The notes under the pieces: model-generated
What the model saw: only the letters and a program-made list of their open reading frames with translations
Told to the model about the DNA's origin: nothing
Databases searched by the model: none
Part shown: positions 7,520 through 15,722 of the stretch, piece by piece
How the letters are laid out: the number at the start of each line of letters is the position of its first letter
Position numbering within the stretch: position 1 is the first letter of the stretch
Source of the DNA: Limisphaerales bacterium
GTDB taxonomy: Bacteria > Verrucomicrobiota > Verrucomicrobiia > Limisphaerales > UBA1412
Length of the DNA stretch: 64,000 nucleotides
Reading direction: 5' to 3'
Assembly: GCA_050949405.1 (NCBI GenBank)
Contig: JBMNFQ010000001.1
Location: 1,578,727-1,642,726 of the forward strand
Translations under genes and position numbers: made by a program

Positions 7520-9532
7520 ATGAGTAACCTGGACGATTCTGGATTGGACCTGGAAAAACTTTTTTTACCGGCATGGGCGCAACAATCCGTAGATGTAAAT
7601 AAGTACGCCGATTTTGCAGGCTACGCTGAAGGCGAAAAAACTGGTGGCAGAGGAGGCAGAAGGCGCAGCGCGCCTTATGGCGAAAGGTCTTCACGGCCGG
7701 CCCGCGATCGCGGTGGCTGGGGTGGCGGCCGCTCTGAGCGCAGGGAAGGCGGCGGCCCGGGTCGGGAGCGGCGTGATCGTCCGTACGGGGCTCAGCAAGG
7801 TTCTGAGGGCGGCAGGGGGCGTGGAGATGCGCGTAGACAGCGTAGCGGCGGTGGCGGACGCAGAGACTTTCGGGGCGGTCGCCGCGATGCTCCGCGCAGG
7901 CCGTTGCCGCCTTTGCCGGAGGTGGATGTTCAGCTCGTACCTGAATCCATCGTCGTGGAGACTTTGGCCAAGCAGATTCGTCAATCGGGCCGTGCCTATC
8001 CTCTTTTTGAAATCGCGCACATTATCTTGAAGCGTCCTGAGCGGCTGGAAGTAGCTTACTCAGTGGTAAAGAAGGGGAATCAGGTGGTTCAGCCGCTATT
8101 CTTCTGTGCCATGGATCGCACTCTCTGGCTTTCAGAGGAAGAGGCGATGGAGCATATCCTGAAGAACCATTTTGATAATTTTTATGAAACGCAGAAGGTG
8201 CCCATTGAAGGACCCAAGGGTACCTATACTTTTGTGGCGCAGTGCGGGATGAGTGGAGAAATCCTGGGTCCCCCCAACCTGCATGAATACCAGAACAAAA
8301 TCTGTAAGATTCACTCTGATCGGTTCTCGCATCTTCCCTTTGATGTTTACAAGTCTCGGATACGGATAGTGCGCGACGAAGAGGTAATCGAAAAATGGAG
8401 GGAAGAGATGAGCTATACTCTCCACTACAACTGCCTGCAGGTGCCCGAGCCGCTGGAGCTGCAAGATATGAGCTCGCTGCGTGAGCATTTCCGCCAGACG
8501 CATCTGGCCAGCGTCATTCAGAAGGTAGAGACGGTTACCCTGACCCAGAGCGATGTACGCAAGCAGCCCAACCATTTGATATCGGTGCTTTATCGGCGAC
8601 TGCTCGAGGAGCAGAAGCGCTTCCCGCTCAAGCTGGTCATGGTTTTGAGCCAGAAGTTTGCGGCTCATACGCTGCAATTCTTCAAGGTGGATAAGACGGT
8701 GACGCATGTTTGTGTCTCCCGTCCTCACTATCTGGATATGGAGACCACTTCGGTTTCAGAAAACGTGAAGAACATCATGAACTTTGTGGTGGCCAACCCC
8801 AGGTGTATGCGGGCAGATATATATAAATCGCTGGTTCCTGGCTATACCGAGGCCATGGCAGCGTTGCCGCAAGAACCAGAAAGTGCAGGAGCCGCAGTTG
8901 CTCCCGAAGAGGCGCCAGCAGCGCAGACGGCGCAGACGGATACTGAAGCGGCGGCACCCGCTGAGACTCCGGAAGCCCCTGCTACAGCGGCTGCTGAAAA
9001 AGAAACTGCACCCGTTGCCCCCGCCGTGCCCGCTTTGCCGGATGAAGTGCTTGCAGCATTGGCAAACCTCAATGCCGACCTGCATTGGCTTATCCAGTGC
9101 GGTCACGTCATAGAGTTTTATAAGGGGCACATTGAAGCGGCTCCCAAGAAAATTAAACCGCCTTCACCGAAGCCCAAGGCTAAGAAAAAAGAAACTAAGG
9201 CAGCCGCAGTCAAGACCGAGGAGACCAAGAAAGCAGAATCCACCACTACAGAAAAGAGTGAGCCTGCCGTTACTGAAGAAGCTCCGGCGGAAGCTGAGGC
9301 CAAAGCCGAGGAGACTCCGGCCGAGCCCGCTGCAGAGGTAAGCGAGCCTGCCGTTGCTGAAGAAGCTCCGGTTGAAACTGAGGCCAAAGCCGAGGAGACT
9401 CCGGCCGAGCCCGCTGCAGAGGTAAGCGAGTCTGCCGTTACTGAAGAAGCTCTGGCGGAAGCTGAGCCCAAAGCCGAGGAGACTCAGAATGAAGCTTCCA
9501 GTGAGGAGCCGGCTGCTGAAGAACTCCAGTAG
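7520..9532 (+). CDS. Hypothetical protein with an RGG/arginine-glycine-rich N-terminal region, a central globular domain and an Ala/Glu/Pro-rich tandem-repeat C-terminus
   Basis: This is a 670-aa ORF. Residues ~40-130 are RG-rich (GGRGGRRR, RDRGGWGGGRSERREGGG, GGGGRRDFRGGRRD). Residues ~140-450 have ordinary composition. The C-terminus carries 28-aa repeats. A strong terminator follows the gene. Confidence 0.7.
   Translation: MSNLDDSGLDLEKLFLPAWAQQSVDVNKYADFAGYAEGEKTGGRGGRRRSAPYGERSSRPARDRGGWGGGRSERREGGGPGRERRDRPYGAQQGSEGGRGRGDARRQRSGGGGRRDFRGGRRDAPRRPLPPLPEVDVQLVPESIVVETLAKQIRQSGRAYPLFEIAHIILKRPERLEVAYSVVKKGNQVVQPLFFCAMDRTLWLSEEEAMEHILKNHFDNFYETQKVPIEGPKGTYTFVAQCGMSGEILGPPNLHEYQNKICKIHSDRFSHLPFDVYKSRIRIVRDEEVIEKWREEMSYTLHYNCLQVPEPLELQDMSSLREHFRQTHLASVIQKVETVTLTQSDVRKQPNHLISVLYRRLLEEQKRFPLKLVMVLSQKFAAHTLQFFKVDKTVTHVCVSRPHYLDMETTSVSENVKNIMNFVVANPRCMRADIYKSLVPGYTEAMAALPQEPESAGAAVAPEEAPAAQTAQTDTEAAAPAETPEAPATAAAEKETAPVAPAVPALPDEVLAALANLNADLHWLIQCGHVIEFYKGHIEAAPKKIKPPSPKPKAKKKETKAAAVKTEETKKAESTTTEKSEPAVTEEAPAEAEAKAEETPAEPAAEVSEPAVAEEAPVETEAKAEETPAEPAAEVSESAVTEEALAEAEPKAEETQNEASSEEPAAEELQ
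9257..9500 (+). repeat. In-frame 84-bp tandem repeat (about 2.8 copies) inside the 7520-9532 CDS
   Basis: Unit 1 (9257-9340) and unit 2 (9341-9424) differ at only a few positions. They encode SEPAVTEEAPAEAEAKAEETPAEPAAEV and SEPAVAEEAPVETEAKAEETPAEPAAEV. A third, diverging partial unit follows. Confidence 0.85.
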
Positions 9533-9577
9533 CCGATTCATATATCTGCTCCCTTGAAGCAGAGAAAGTTCAAAAAA

Positions 9578-9607
9578 ACAACAGGTCAAAAGCCTGTTGT
9601 TTTTTTT
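9578..9607 (+). terminator. Rho-independent terminator
   Basis: Stem ACAACAGG (9578-9585) pairs with CCTGTTGT (9593-9600). The loop is TCAAAAG and T7 follows at 9601-9607. Confidence 0.8.
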
Positions 9608-9748
9608 GGACGGCTCTTGGCTGGTGGATGAGAGTGAAAAAGCGGTAGGATTAAAAAATAAATAAAGAATGTGGGTGGAATTTGGAGGAGATGCGAATCT
9701 CCAAAAATTCTTAGGTTCAAGGGACTAGCGCCTGAGAGAAGAGCGGCT

Positions 9749-10030
9749 TGTGAACAAGATGTGAATAAGTGTGAATATATTCTTCTGGTCAGAGGCAGCT
9801 TGAGGGGGTAGAGTGTTTCTCGGTAAGCGGACGGCTGCTCGGCAATAGTAGATTTTGGGGAATGAATTCCTAAGGTGTATTATCGTCTCAACTTGTTCTC
9901 ACTCAGCTTGTTATAACCGAGTTATCTGTTTTTTGATCTGAGGTGAATAAATTCATAACGTGGTGAGGACCTGCCTTTTTTGAAGGATTGGAATTGAAGG
10001 TAGCCTTTGAAAAACCGAGTTCGTGAATAA
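9749..10030. promoter_or_regulatory. Cluster of DnaA-box-like 9-mers upstream of dnaA (candidate oriC and/or dnaA autoregulatory region)
   Basis: The elements are TGTGAACAA 9749-9757, TGTGAATAA 9760-9768 (reverse complement TTATTCACA fits TTATNCACA), TGTGAATAT 9770-9778, gGTGAATAA 9942-9950 and cGTGAATAA 10022-10030. All are in the same orientation. An AT-rich stretch lies at about 9649-9670. Confidence 0.45.
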
Positions 10031-11477
10031 CCTTGAACTTTTGTTGAACTTTAAAGACTGTATGCTGGCAAAACAATTGTGGGGGAGTACTTGCGAAAGA
10101 CTGAAAAAGGTCTTTAATGCAGAAATCTTCCGGCTTTGGATTGAAAGGCTGAGGGTGTTGGAATACGAAAGCAACACTCTGACCTTGGGCGTCTGGGATG
10201 AGTTTTCCCAGATTTGGCTTCAGACAAACTATGTAAGCGTAATAGAAGAGAACCTCTGTTCTCTTACAGGTGAATCGATAACGGTGCAGCTTTCGGTGGT
10301 TCCCTTTTCAGAGGAAAAGGAGGAGTCGGAATCGCCGGAGGCTGAACCCTCTTCAGAGGAGAAGAAGGTTAGCACAGACGATTCTTCGGCAAACTCTCAT
10401 AATCTTCCACCGGTTCCTCCGACGGTTTATACTCCTCGGACAGGCTCGGAAATTCAAACCAGCCTGAACTCAAAGTACACTTTTGATACTTTCGTTGTCG
10501 GAACGAACAGTAACCTTGCTCATGCCTCGGCACAGGCAGTGGCGCGGGAGCCCGGGCGCAGCTATAACCCGCTTTTTATCTATGGCGGCGTAGGGCTGGG
10601 CAAGACGCATCTGCTTCATGCAATCGGCAATCATGTTCTCAAACACAAACAGGGGTTGAAAGTCGTGTATGTGTCGTTGGAGAAGTTCATGAATGAGTAT
10701 ATTGAAGCGATTCGGGATAAGCGTTGCGACCGTTTCCGCAGGAGGTACCGCAGTGTGGACGTGCTTCTCATTGATGATATTCAGTTTTTGACTGATAAGG
10801 AGGGTTTGCAGGAGGAGTTTTATCATACCTTTAACTCTCTGCATGATATTAAAAAGCAGATTGTTCTGACGTCTGATCGTCCGGTGGGGGAAATAAAAGC
10901 TTTGGAGGCGCGGTTGGTTTCGCGTTTTAGCTGGGGGCTGGTAGCAGACCTGCAGCCACCCAACGTGGAGGTCCGGATGGCTATTTTAAGACAGAAGGCT
11001 GAGGCAATGGGGGTTGAGGTGCCTGTAGAGATTGTTGACTTCCTGGCTCATAAAATTCGGGCAAATGTCCGAGAACTCGAAGGGGCGCTGATTCGGCTAA
11101 GCTCTTATATTACCCTGACAAAGGTTCCCTGGAGCATTGAGACTGCACAGATGGTGCTCAAAGAGCTTCTGAGCCGGCAAAATATCCAGGCTCCAACGAT
11201 CGAGCTGATTCAACGAGAGGTGGCCCGCTTCTATGATATCCGGATTACGGATATTACCGGGCGGCGCAGGCCTGAGAGCATTGCTTTCCCACGCCAGGTG
11301 GCAATGTATCTGAGCCGGAAGCTGACGGACCACTCACTGGCAGCGATTGGGGAAGCTTTTGGAGGCAGGGACCACGGGACTGTGATTCATGCCTGCAAAA
11401 TGATTCAGGGGCGCATGGAGGTGGAAGATATAGTTCGCCAGAACATCCTCCAGATAGAGGGGATTCTTAACTCTTAG
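10023..11477 (+). CDS. dnaA: Chromosomal replication initiator protein DnaA
   Basis: Walker A GGVGLGKTHLLHAIG, Walker B LLIDDIQFL, sensor region VLTSDRP and C-terminal DNA-binding helix region FGGRDHGTVIHACK are present. The call uses a GTG start, and an ATG at 10062 is also possible. Confidence 0.95.
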   Translation: MNNLELLLNFKDCMLAKQLWGSTCERLKKVFNAEIFRLWIERLRVLEYESNTLTLGVWDEFSQIWLQTNYVSVIEENLCSLTGESITVQLSVVPFSEEKEESESPEAEPSSEEKKVSTDDSSANSHNLPPVPPTVYTPRTGSEIQTSLNSKYTFDTFVVGTNSNLAHASAQAVAREPGRSYNPLFIYGGVGLGKTHLLHAIGNHVLKHKQGLKVVYVSLEKFMNEYIEAIRDKRCDRFRRRYRSVDVLLIDDIQFLTDKEGLQEEFYHTFNSLHDIKKQIVLTSDRPVGEIKALEARLVSRFSWGLVADLQPPNVEVRMAILRQKAEAMGVEVPVEIVDFLAHKIRANVRELEGALIRLSSYITLTKVPWSIETAQMVLKELLSRQNIQAPTIELIQREVARFYDIRITDITGRRRPESIAFPRQVAMYLSRKLTDHSLAAIGEAFGGRDHGTVIHACKMIQGRMEVEDIVRQNILQIEGILNS

Positions 11478-11491
11478 CCAAGATAACGCAA

Positions 11492-12703
11492 GTGAGAGAA
11501 TGGCCTGAGAAAATAGAAATTGAGCCTTTAAGTGGACTTAAGAAGCGGCAACTAACCATTCCCGGCTCCAAAAGCATCACGAATCGGGCGTTGATTTTGG
11601 CGGCTCTGGCTCACGGGGAAGTCTGCTTGCGCGGAGCCCTCTGGAGCGAGGATACGCTGGTCATGGTTGAGGCGATGCGGAAGCTGGGAGTAGAGCTAAG
11701 CGTGGAGCAGGAGCCCGAAGAAAGCTCTAATCGAATTTTCAAGGTTCAAGGCCTGGGTGAGCGTCGTCCATTGGGTGGCAGCTTTTCGCATCCTCTGGAG
11801 ATTTATATTGCCAACTCGGGCACCTCGGCTCGTTTTTTAATGGCTTTCCTCTGCGCATCGGCCGGAGGGTGGTATCGGCTGGTGGGAACAGAGCGGATGA
11901 GTGAGCGCCCCCAAAGGGAGCTCTTCCAGGCGTTGCGCCAACTCGGCTATACGATTATTGCTGAGAGAGAGGGTTTCCTGCCGGCTGTGCTGGGCTCAGA
12001 AGGTCCTCTGAAAGGGGGAAGTTGCACGGTTTCCCAGGAGGAGAGCTCTCAGTTTGCATCGGCGCTCCTACTTTCCGCGGAACGGGGCCAATGGCAGGTA
12101 GAGATTTCAGGAAAGGAGGCAGGGTATCTTTGGATGACGCGGGAGTTGCTTTCTGTTTTCCCTCGAGGCGGGGGTGTATTTGAAATAGAGCCAGATGCTT
12201 CCAGTGGCAGTTATTTTTATGGGGCCAATGTTTGGGCGCAGGGATATCCCGAAAACAAACCGGTCTCTGTACTGCGCTGGCCCAGCACCGGTTGGCAGCC
12301 AGATGAGGCGTTCCCTCATTACTTGCCGCTGCCCTCTGTGCTTTCGCGTGAAAACGATTTGGGTGACAGCATCATGACGGCAATTGTCCTGGCAACGCAG
12401 GGGGAGTCTCCTGTGAAGTTTACGGAATTGGGCCGCCTGAGAGTACAGGAGTGCGAGCGGGTTAAGGCTTTGCGAACGGAGCTGAGTCGCTGCGGCGCAC
12501 GAGTTGAAGAGGAGGGGGATACATTAACCGTTTACCCGTCTCGGCTGCATGGAGCAGAGATCGAGACCTATAATGACCACCGAATGGCTTTTTGTTTTTC
12601 GCTTTTGGGGCTTGGTGTAGCGGGAATGGTGATCAAAAACCCGAAGTGTGCGGAAAAGAGTTTCCCTTCCTTTTTTGAAAAGCTTGACCTGCTGAAAGCT
12701 TAG
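11492..12703 (+). CDS. aroA: 3-phosphoshikimate 1-carboxyvinyltransferase (EPSP synthase)
   Basis: Supporting blocks are IPGSKSITNRALILAAL, NSGTSARFL, RMSERPQRELFQALRQLG and DHRMAFCFSLLGL. Confidence 0.85.
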   Translation: MREWPEKIEIEPLSGLKKRQLTIPGSKSITNRALILAALAHGEVCLRGALWSEDTLVMVEAMRKLGVELSVEQEPEESSNRIFKVQGLGERRPLGGSFSHPLEIYIANSGTSARFLMAFLCASAGGWYRLVGTERMSERPQRELFQALRQLGYTIIAEREGFLPAVLGSEGPLKGGSCTVSQEESSQFASALLLSAERGQWQVEISGKEAGYLWMTRELLSVFPRGGGVFEIEPDASSGSYFYGANVWAQGYPENKPVSVLRWPSTGWQPDEAFPHYLPLPSVLSRENDLGDSIMTAIVLATQGESPVKFTELGRLRVQECERVKALRTELSRCGARVEEEGDTLTVYPSRLHGAEIETYNDHRMAFCFSLLGLGVAGMVIKNPKCAEKSFPSFFEKLDLLKA

Positions 12704-13659
12704 GGGACGCTATAGTCTTCCGTCTCGAAAAGGGAGGCCTTGGGCGCAGACAAATATTCCAGAAGAGAAACCAGGATTCTCTTCATCTCCGTGCGGTCTA
12801 CAATGAGATCAATGAACCCGTGTTCCAGGAGAAATTCTGCGGTTTGGAAGCCTGGAGGCAGGTCGGCATGGGTTGTATCGCGTATTACACGCGGGCCTGC
12901 AAAGCCGATCATGGCATTGGGTTCCGCCAGAATAATATCGCCCAGAGAGGCGAAACTGGCGGTAACGCCTCCGGTGGTCGGATTGGTTAAAATACTGATA
13001 AAGGGGAGCTCCGCCTGAGAGTGAAAAGCGAGCGCAGCGCTGGTTTTGGCCATTTGCATCAGGCTGAAGACCCCTTCATACATTCGGGCTCCGCCACTGG
13101 CTGAGAAGATAATAACGGGCAGGTTCCGGTCAGTGGCTTCTTCTACCAATCGAGTTATTTTTTCTCCAACTACGCTGCCCATCGAGCCACCCAGGAATTT
13201 AAAATCCATGACACCCAGAGCGACGCGAAATTCCCCGATTTTGCCGACACCGGTGATGATGGCATCGCGAAGATTGGTCGCTTTTTCATGTTGCTCGAGT
13301 TTATCAAGATAGCTGCTGGGGCCGCTGAAAGAGAGGATATCAACGCTGCGCAAGTCTGCATCCATTTCTTCAAAAGAGCAGGTCTCCACCAGGGTGTTTA
13401 TTCGCTCGCGTGCGCTGTAGGGGAAGTGGTAAGAGCAGTGCATACAGACCTTGAGGTTGTCATCCAGGTATTTATCGTAAAGTAACTCACTGCACTTGGG
13501 GCACTTAGTCCAGAGGCCTTCAGGGATATCCAGGCGCGGGGCGCCGATCGGAGGGACTTTTGACTTACGAGGAATGACCGGAGAGTCGGCCAAAGGTGTA
13601 ATAGCCGGCTCGACACTTTCAACACCGGAAACTTTGCGGGTTTTTACACTTTTTTTCAT
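12700..13659 (-). CDS. accD: Acetyl-CoA carboxylase carboxyltransferase beta subunit
   Basis: It has the N-terminal zinc ribbon CPKCSELL...CMHCSYH and the carboxyltransferase core FLGGSMGSVVGEK. Confidence 0.9.
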   Translation of the reverse strand: MKKSVKTRKVSGVESVEPAITPLADSPVIPRKSKVPPIGAPRLDIPEGLWTKCPKCSELLYDKYLDDNLKVCMHCSYHFPYSARERINTLVETCSFEEMDADLRSVDILSFSGPSSYLDKLEQHEKATNLRDAIITGVGKIGEFRVALGVMDFKFLGGSMGSVVGEKITRLVEEATDRNLPVIIFSASGGARMYEGVFSLMQMAKTSAALAFHSQAELPFISILTNPTTGGVTASFASLGDIILAEPNAMIGFAGPRVIRDTTHADLPPGFQTAEFLLEHGFIDLIVDRTEMKRILVSLLEYLSAPKASLFETEDYSVP

Positions 13660-13773
13660 ATTTTATTCCTCTGCTGATTTAGTCCCAAAGGACGGCGCAT
13701 TCTAACAAGCCGTGCAAATTATTACAACAGGGATATTCTGCGGCTTTTTAATCAAACTCTCTTAAATAGGTAC

Positions 13774-13802
13774 TTGCAAATTTTGCAGGGACAGGGTAAT
13801 CT
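13774..13802 (+). promoter_or_regulatory. Candidate sigma-70 promoter for the rpsP operon
   Basis: TTGCAA (13774-13779), a 17-nt spacer, then TAATCT (13797-13802), about 70 nt upstream of the rpsP ATG. Confidence 0.35.
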
Positions 13803-13871
13803 GGAGGGCCTTTCGGGGCAAGTGAGGTCTCCATAGGGGATAACTTACTCTGCAAGTAGAAGTAATAAGAT

Positions 13872-14120
13872 ATGGTTAGAATTCGTTTGAAGCGCATGGG
13901 GGCGAAAAATCAGCCTGCCTATCGTGTTGTGGTAGTAGATGGGCGTAGTCCTCGTGATGGAAGATTCATTGAAGAGGTGGGGTATTATTTGCCGCTGCAA
14001 AAGGGGCATAATGCCAACCTGAAGATGGATAGAGTGGATTACTGGCTCAAATGTGGTGCTCAGCCTTCGGAGACCGTTGCCAGTATGATTGCCAGGGAGC
14101 GCAAGACACAAGCTGTTTAA
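13872..14120 (+). CDS. rpsP: 30S ribosomal protein S16
   Basis: The N-terminus MVRIRLKRMGAKNQPAYRVVVVD is characteristic of S16. Confidence 0.95.
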   Translation: MVRIRLKRMGAKNQPAYRVVVVDGRSPRDGRFIEEVGYYLPLQKGHNANLKMDRVDYWLKCGAQPSETVASMIARERKTQAV

Positions 14121-14129
14121 GGGTTTAAT

Positions 14130-14408
14130 ATGCAAGAGTTTCTTGAATATGTAATCAAGAACCTTGTTGAGGAGCCGGAAGATGTCAGTATCAGGCCGGT
14201 GGAGCGCAATGGGGTTACCGTTTACGAGCTAAGAGTCAGCCCGGTTGATACGGCCAGGGTGATTGGGCGCAAGGGTAGCACCATTAATGCGATCCGTGCA
14301 TTGCTCATTGCAGGCAGTGCCAGACAGGGTAAACGCAGTGTGCTGGAGTTGATCGAAGAGGTCGATGGCCCTGAAATGGAAGAAGATGCGACCGGGGGAG
14401 AGGTCTAA
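14130..14408 (+). CDS. KH-domain RNA-binding protein (YlqC/UPF0109 family)
   Basis: It has the GxxG KH motif VIGRKGSTINAIR and sits in the conserved position between rpsP and trmD. Confidence 0.8.
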   Translation: MQEFLEYVIKNLVEEPEDVSIRPVERNGVTVYELRVSPVDTARVIGRKGSTINAIRALLIAGSARQGKRSVLELIEEVDGPEMEEDATGGEV

Positions 14409-14460
14409 AACTACTCTCATTAAGAGGTACGTGGAATTTTTTTGGAAGTGGGTGTAGTAC

Positions 14461-15162
14461 ATGAAAGTAGATGTGCTCACATTGTTTCCTAAGATGTTTA
14501 GCGGACCGCTGGATGAAAGCATTGTCCAGCGAGCTCGCGATAATGGACTGCTTGAATTAAGAATCCATAATTTGCGGGCATATACTCATGATCTGCACCA
14601 GACGGTGGATGACAGGCCCTTTGGGGGTGGTGCCGGGATGTTGCTTAAGCCCGAGCCGCTCTTTGAAGCATTAGAAGCGCTGGCCGATGAAGAGAGTCAC
14701 ATTATCTTTTTGACTCCTTCGGGTAGAAAGTTTAACCAGGCAATAGCCCGGGAGCTCTCCAGTCGGAAGCACCTCATATTGGTATGCGGCAGCTATGAAG
14801 GCTTTGATGAACGCATTCTCAAGGTCTGGGCGGATGAGAAGCTCTCTATTGGTGACTATGTGCTAACCAATGGTGCGCTGCCAGCCATGGTGCTGATAGA
14901 TGTGGTGGCCCGGCTCTTGCCGGGTGTTTTAGGGAAGGATGAAAGCTCCCATGAGGAGTCCTTCAGCTCTAACTACCTGGAGTATCCACATTATACGCGG
15001 CCGGCAGTGTTTCGTGGGATGAAGGTGCCGGAGGTCTTGCTTTCAGGCCACCATGCGCGTATCGCTCAGTGGCGCAGTGAGCAATCAATGTTAAAAACGG
15101 CTGCAGTGCGGCCAGATTTGTTAAAAGAGAGCGGGGAGCAGGAAGCTTCCAGCTCTTGTTAA
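14461..15162 (+). CDS. trmD: tRNA (guanine37-N1)-methyltransferase
   Basis: Supporting blocks are [41 protein letters not shown] and [10 protein letters not shown]. Confidence 0.95.
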   Translation: MKVDVLTLFPKMFSGPLDESIVQRARDNGLLELRIHNLRAYTHDLHQTVDDRPFGGGAGMLLKPEPLFEALEALADEESHIIFLTPSGRKFNQAIARELSSRKHLILVCGSYEGFDERILKVWADEKLSIGDYVLTNGALPAMVLIDVVARLLPGVLGKDESSHEESFSSNYLEYPHYTRPAVFRGMKVPEVLLSGHHARIAQWRSEQSMLKTAAVRPDLLKESGEQEASSSC

Positions 15163-15176
15163 GTCGATATAAGTTT

Positions 15177-15563
15177 ATGAAGCAGGCATTATTAGATAAA
15201 ATTGAGTCTGCCTACATGAGGAAAGAGCCGATTGTTTTCTCTGTAGGTGATACGGTGAATGTACACACCAAAGTTGTTGAAGGCCAGAAGGAGCGCATCC
15301 AGGTTTTCACCGGTGTCGTGATTGGCCGCCGCGGTCGCGGTTTGAATGAGACCTTCACAGTCCGTCGTATCAGCTATGGGGAGGGCGTAGAGCGTGTTTT
15401 CCCTGTCCACTCACCGCGTGTTGATAAAGTGGTAGTAGAGCGCCAGGGGCGTGTTCGCAGAGCCAAACTGACCTATCTGCGTGGCCGTATTGGGAAGAGT
15501 GCGTTGGCAGTCAAAGAAAAAGACCCGCATTTTTCTCGTAAAAAGGCTAAAGCCCAGGCTTGA
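15177..15563 (+). CDS. rplS: 50S ribosomal protein L19
   Basis: Supporting blocks are [28 protein letters not shown] and [22 protein letters not shown]. The ATG at 15177 is preferred over the upstream TTG at 15156, which overlaps trmD. Confidence 0.95.
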   Translation: MKQALLDKIESAYMRKEPIVFSVGDTVNVHTKVVEGQKERIQVFTGVVIGRRGRGLNETFTVRRISYGEGVERVFPVHSPRVDKVVVERQGRVRRAKLTYLRGRIGKSALAVKEKDPHFSRKKAKAQA

Positions 15564-15596
15564 GGCTGAAGAAAGAATTTTAAATTATTTTAGCGA

Positions 15597-15632
15597 GCGA
15601 GGATGGTTTTCTATTCTCGCTGTTCTTTTTTT
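15597..15632 (+). terminator. Rho-independent terminator after rplS
   Basis: A 10-bp stem pairs 15597-15606 with 15611-15620, including two G:U pairs. The loop is TTTT and is followed by TGTTCTTTTTTT. Confidence 0.7.
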
Positions 15633-15651
15633 GGGTACTTCTGCTTTATGC

Positions 15652-15692
15652 AAAAAGAGGCATTCTGACTGAGAATACCTCTTTTTCGTTTT
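15652..15692 (-). terminator. Hairpin terminator downstream of glnA (usable in both directions)
   Basis: AAAAAGAGG...CCTCTTTTT forms a long imperfect hairpin with U-rich tracts on both strands. It lies 30 nt beyond the glnA stop. Confidence 0.6.
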
Positions 15693-15722
15693 TGCCTCTC
15701 AGGGCTGTTATGGTTTTACGAT

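Noticed and set aside
7614-8030. ORFs 7614-8030 (+) and 7691-8020 (-) overlapping the RGG-coding region, and the ORF stack at 8756-9589 over the repeat region
   Set aside because: These are alternative frames of GC-rich, repetitive coding sequence. Their translations are Ala/Arg/Gly/Ser low-complexity strings.
9257-9500. Possible CRISPR-like or other non-coding repeat array
   Set aside because: The 84-bp units are contiguous without spacers, are in frame and encode a repeated peptide inside a long ORF. No cas genes or repeat-spacer architecture occur anywhere in the window.
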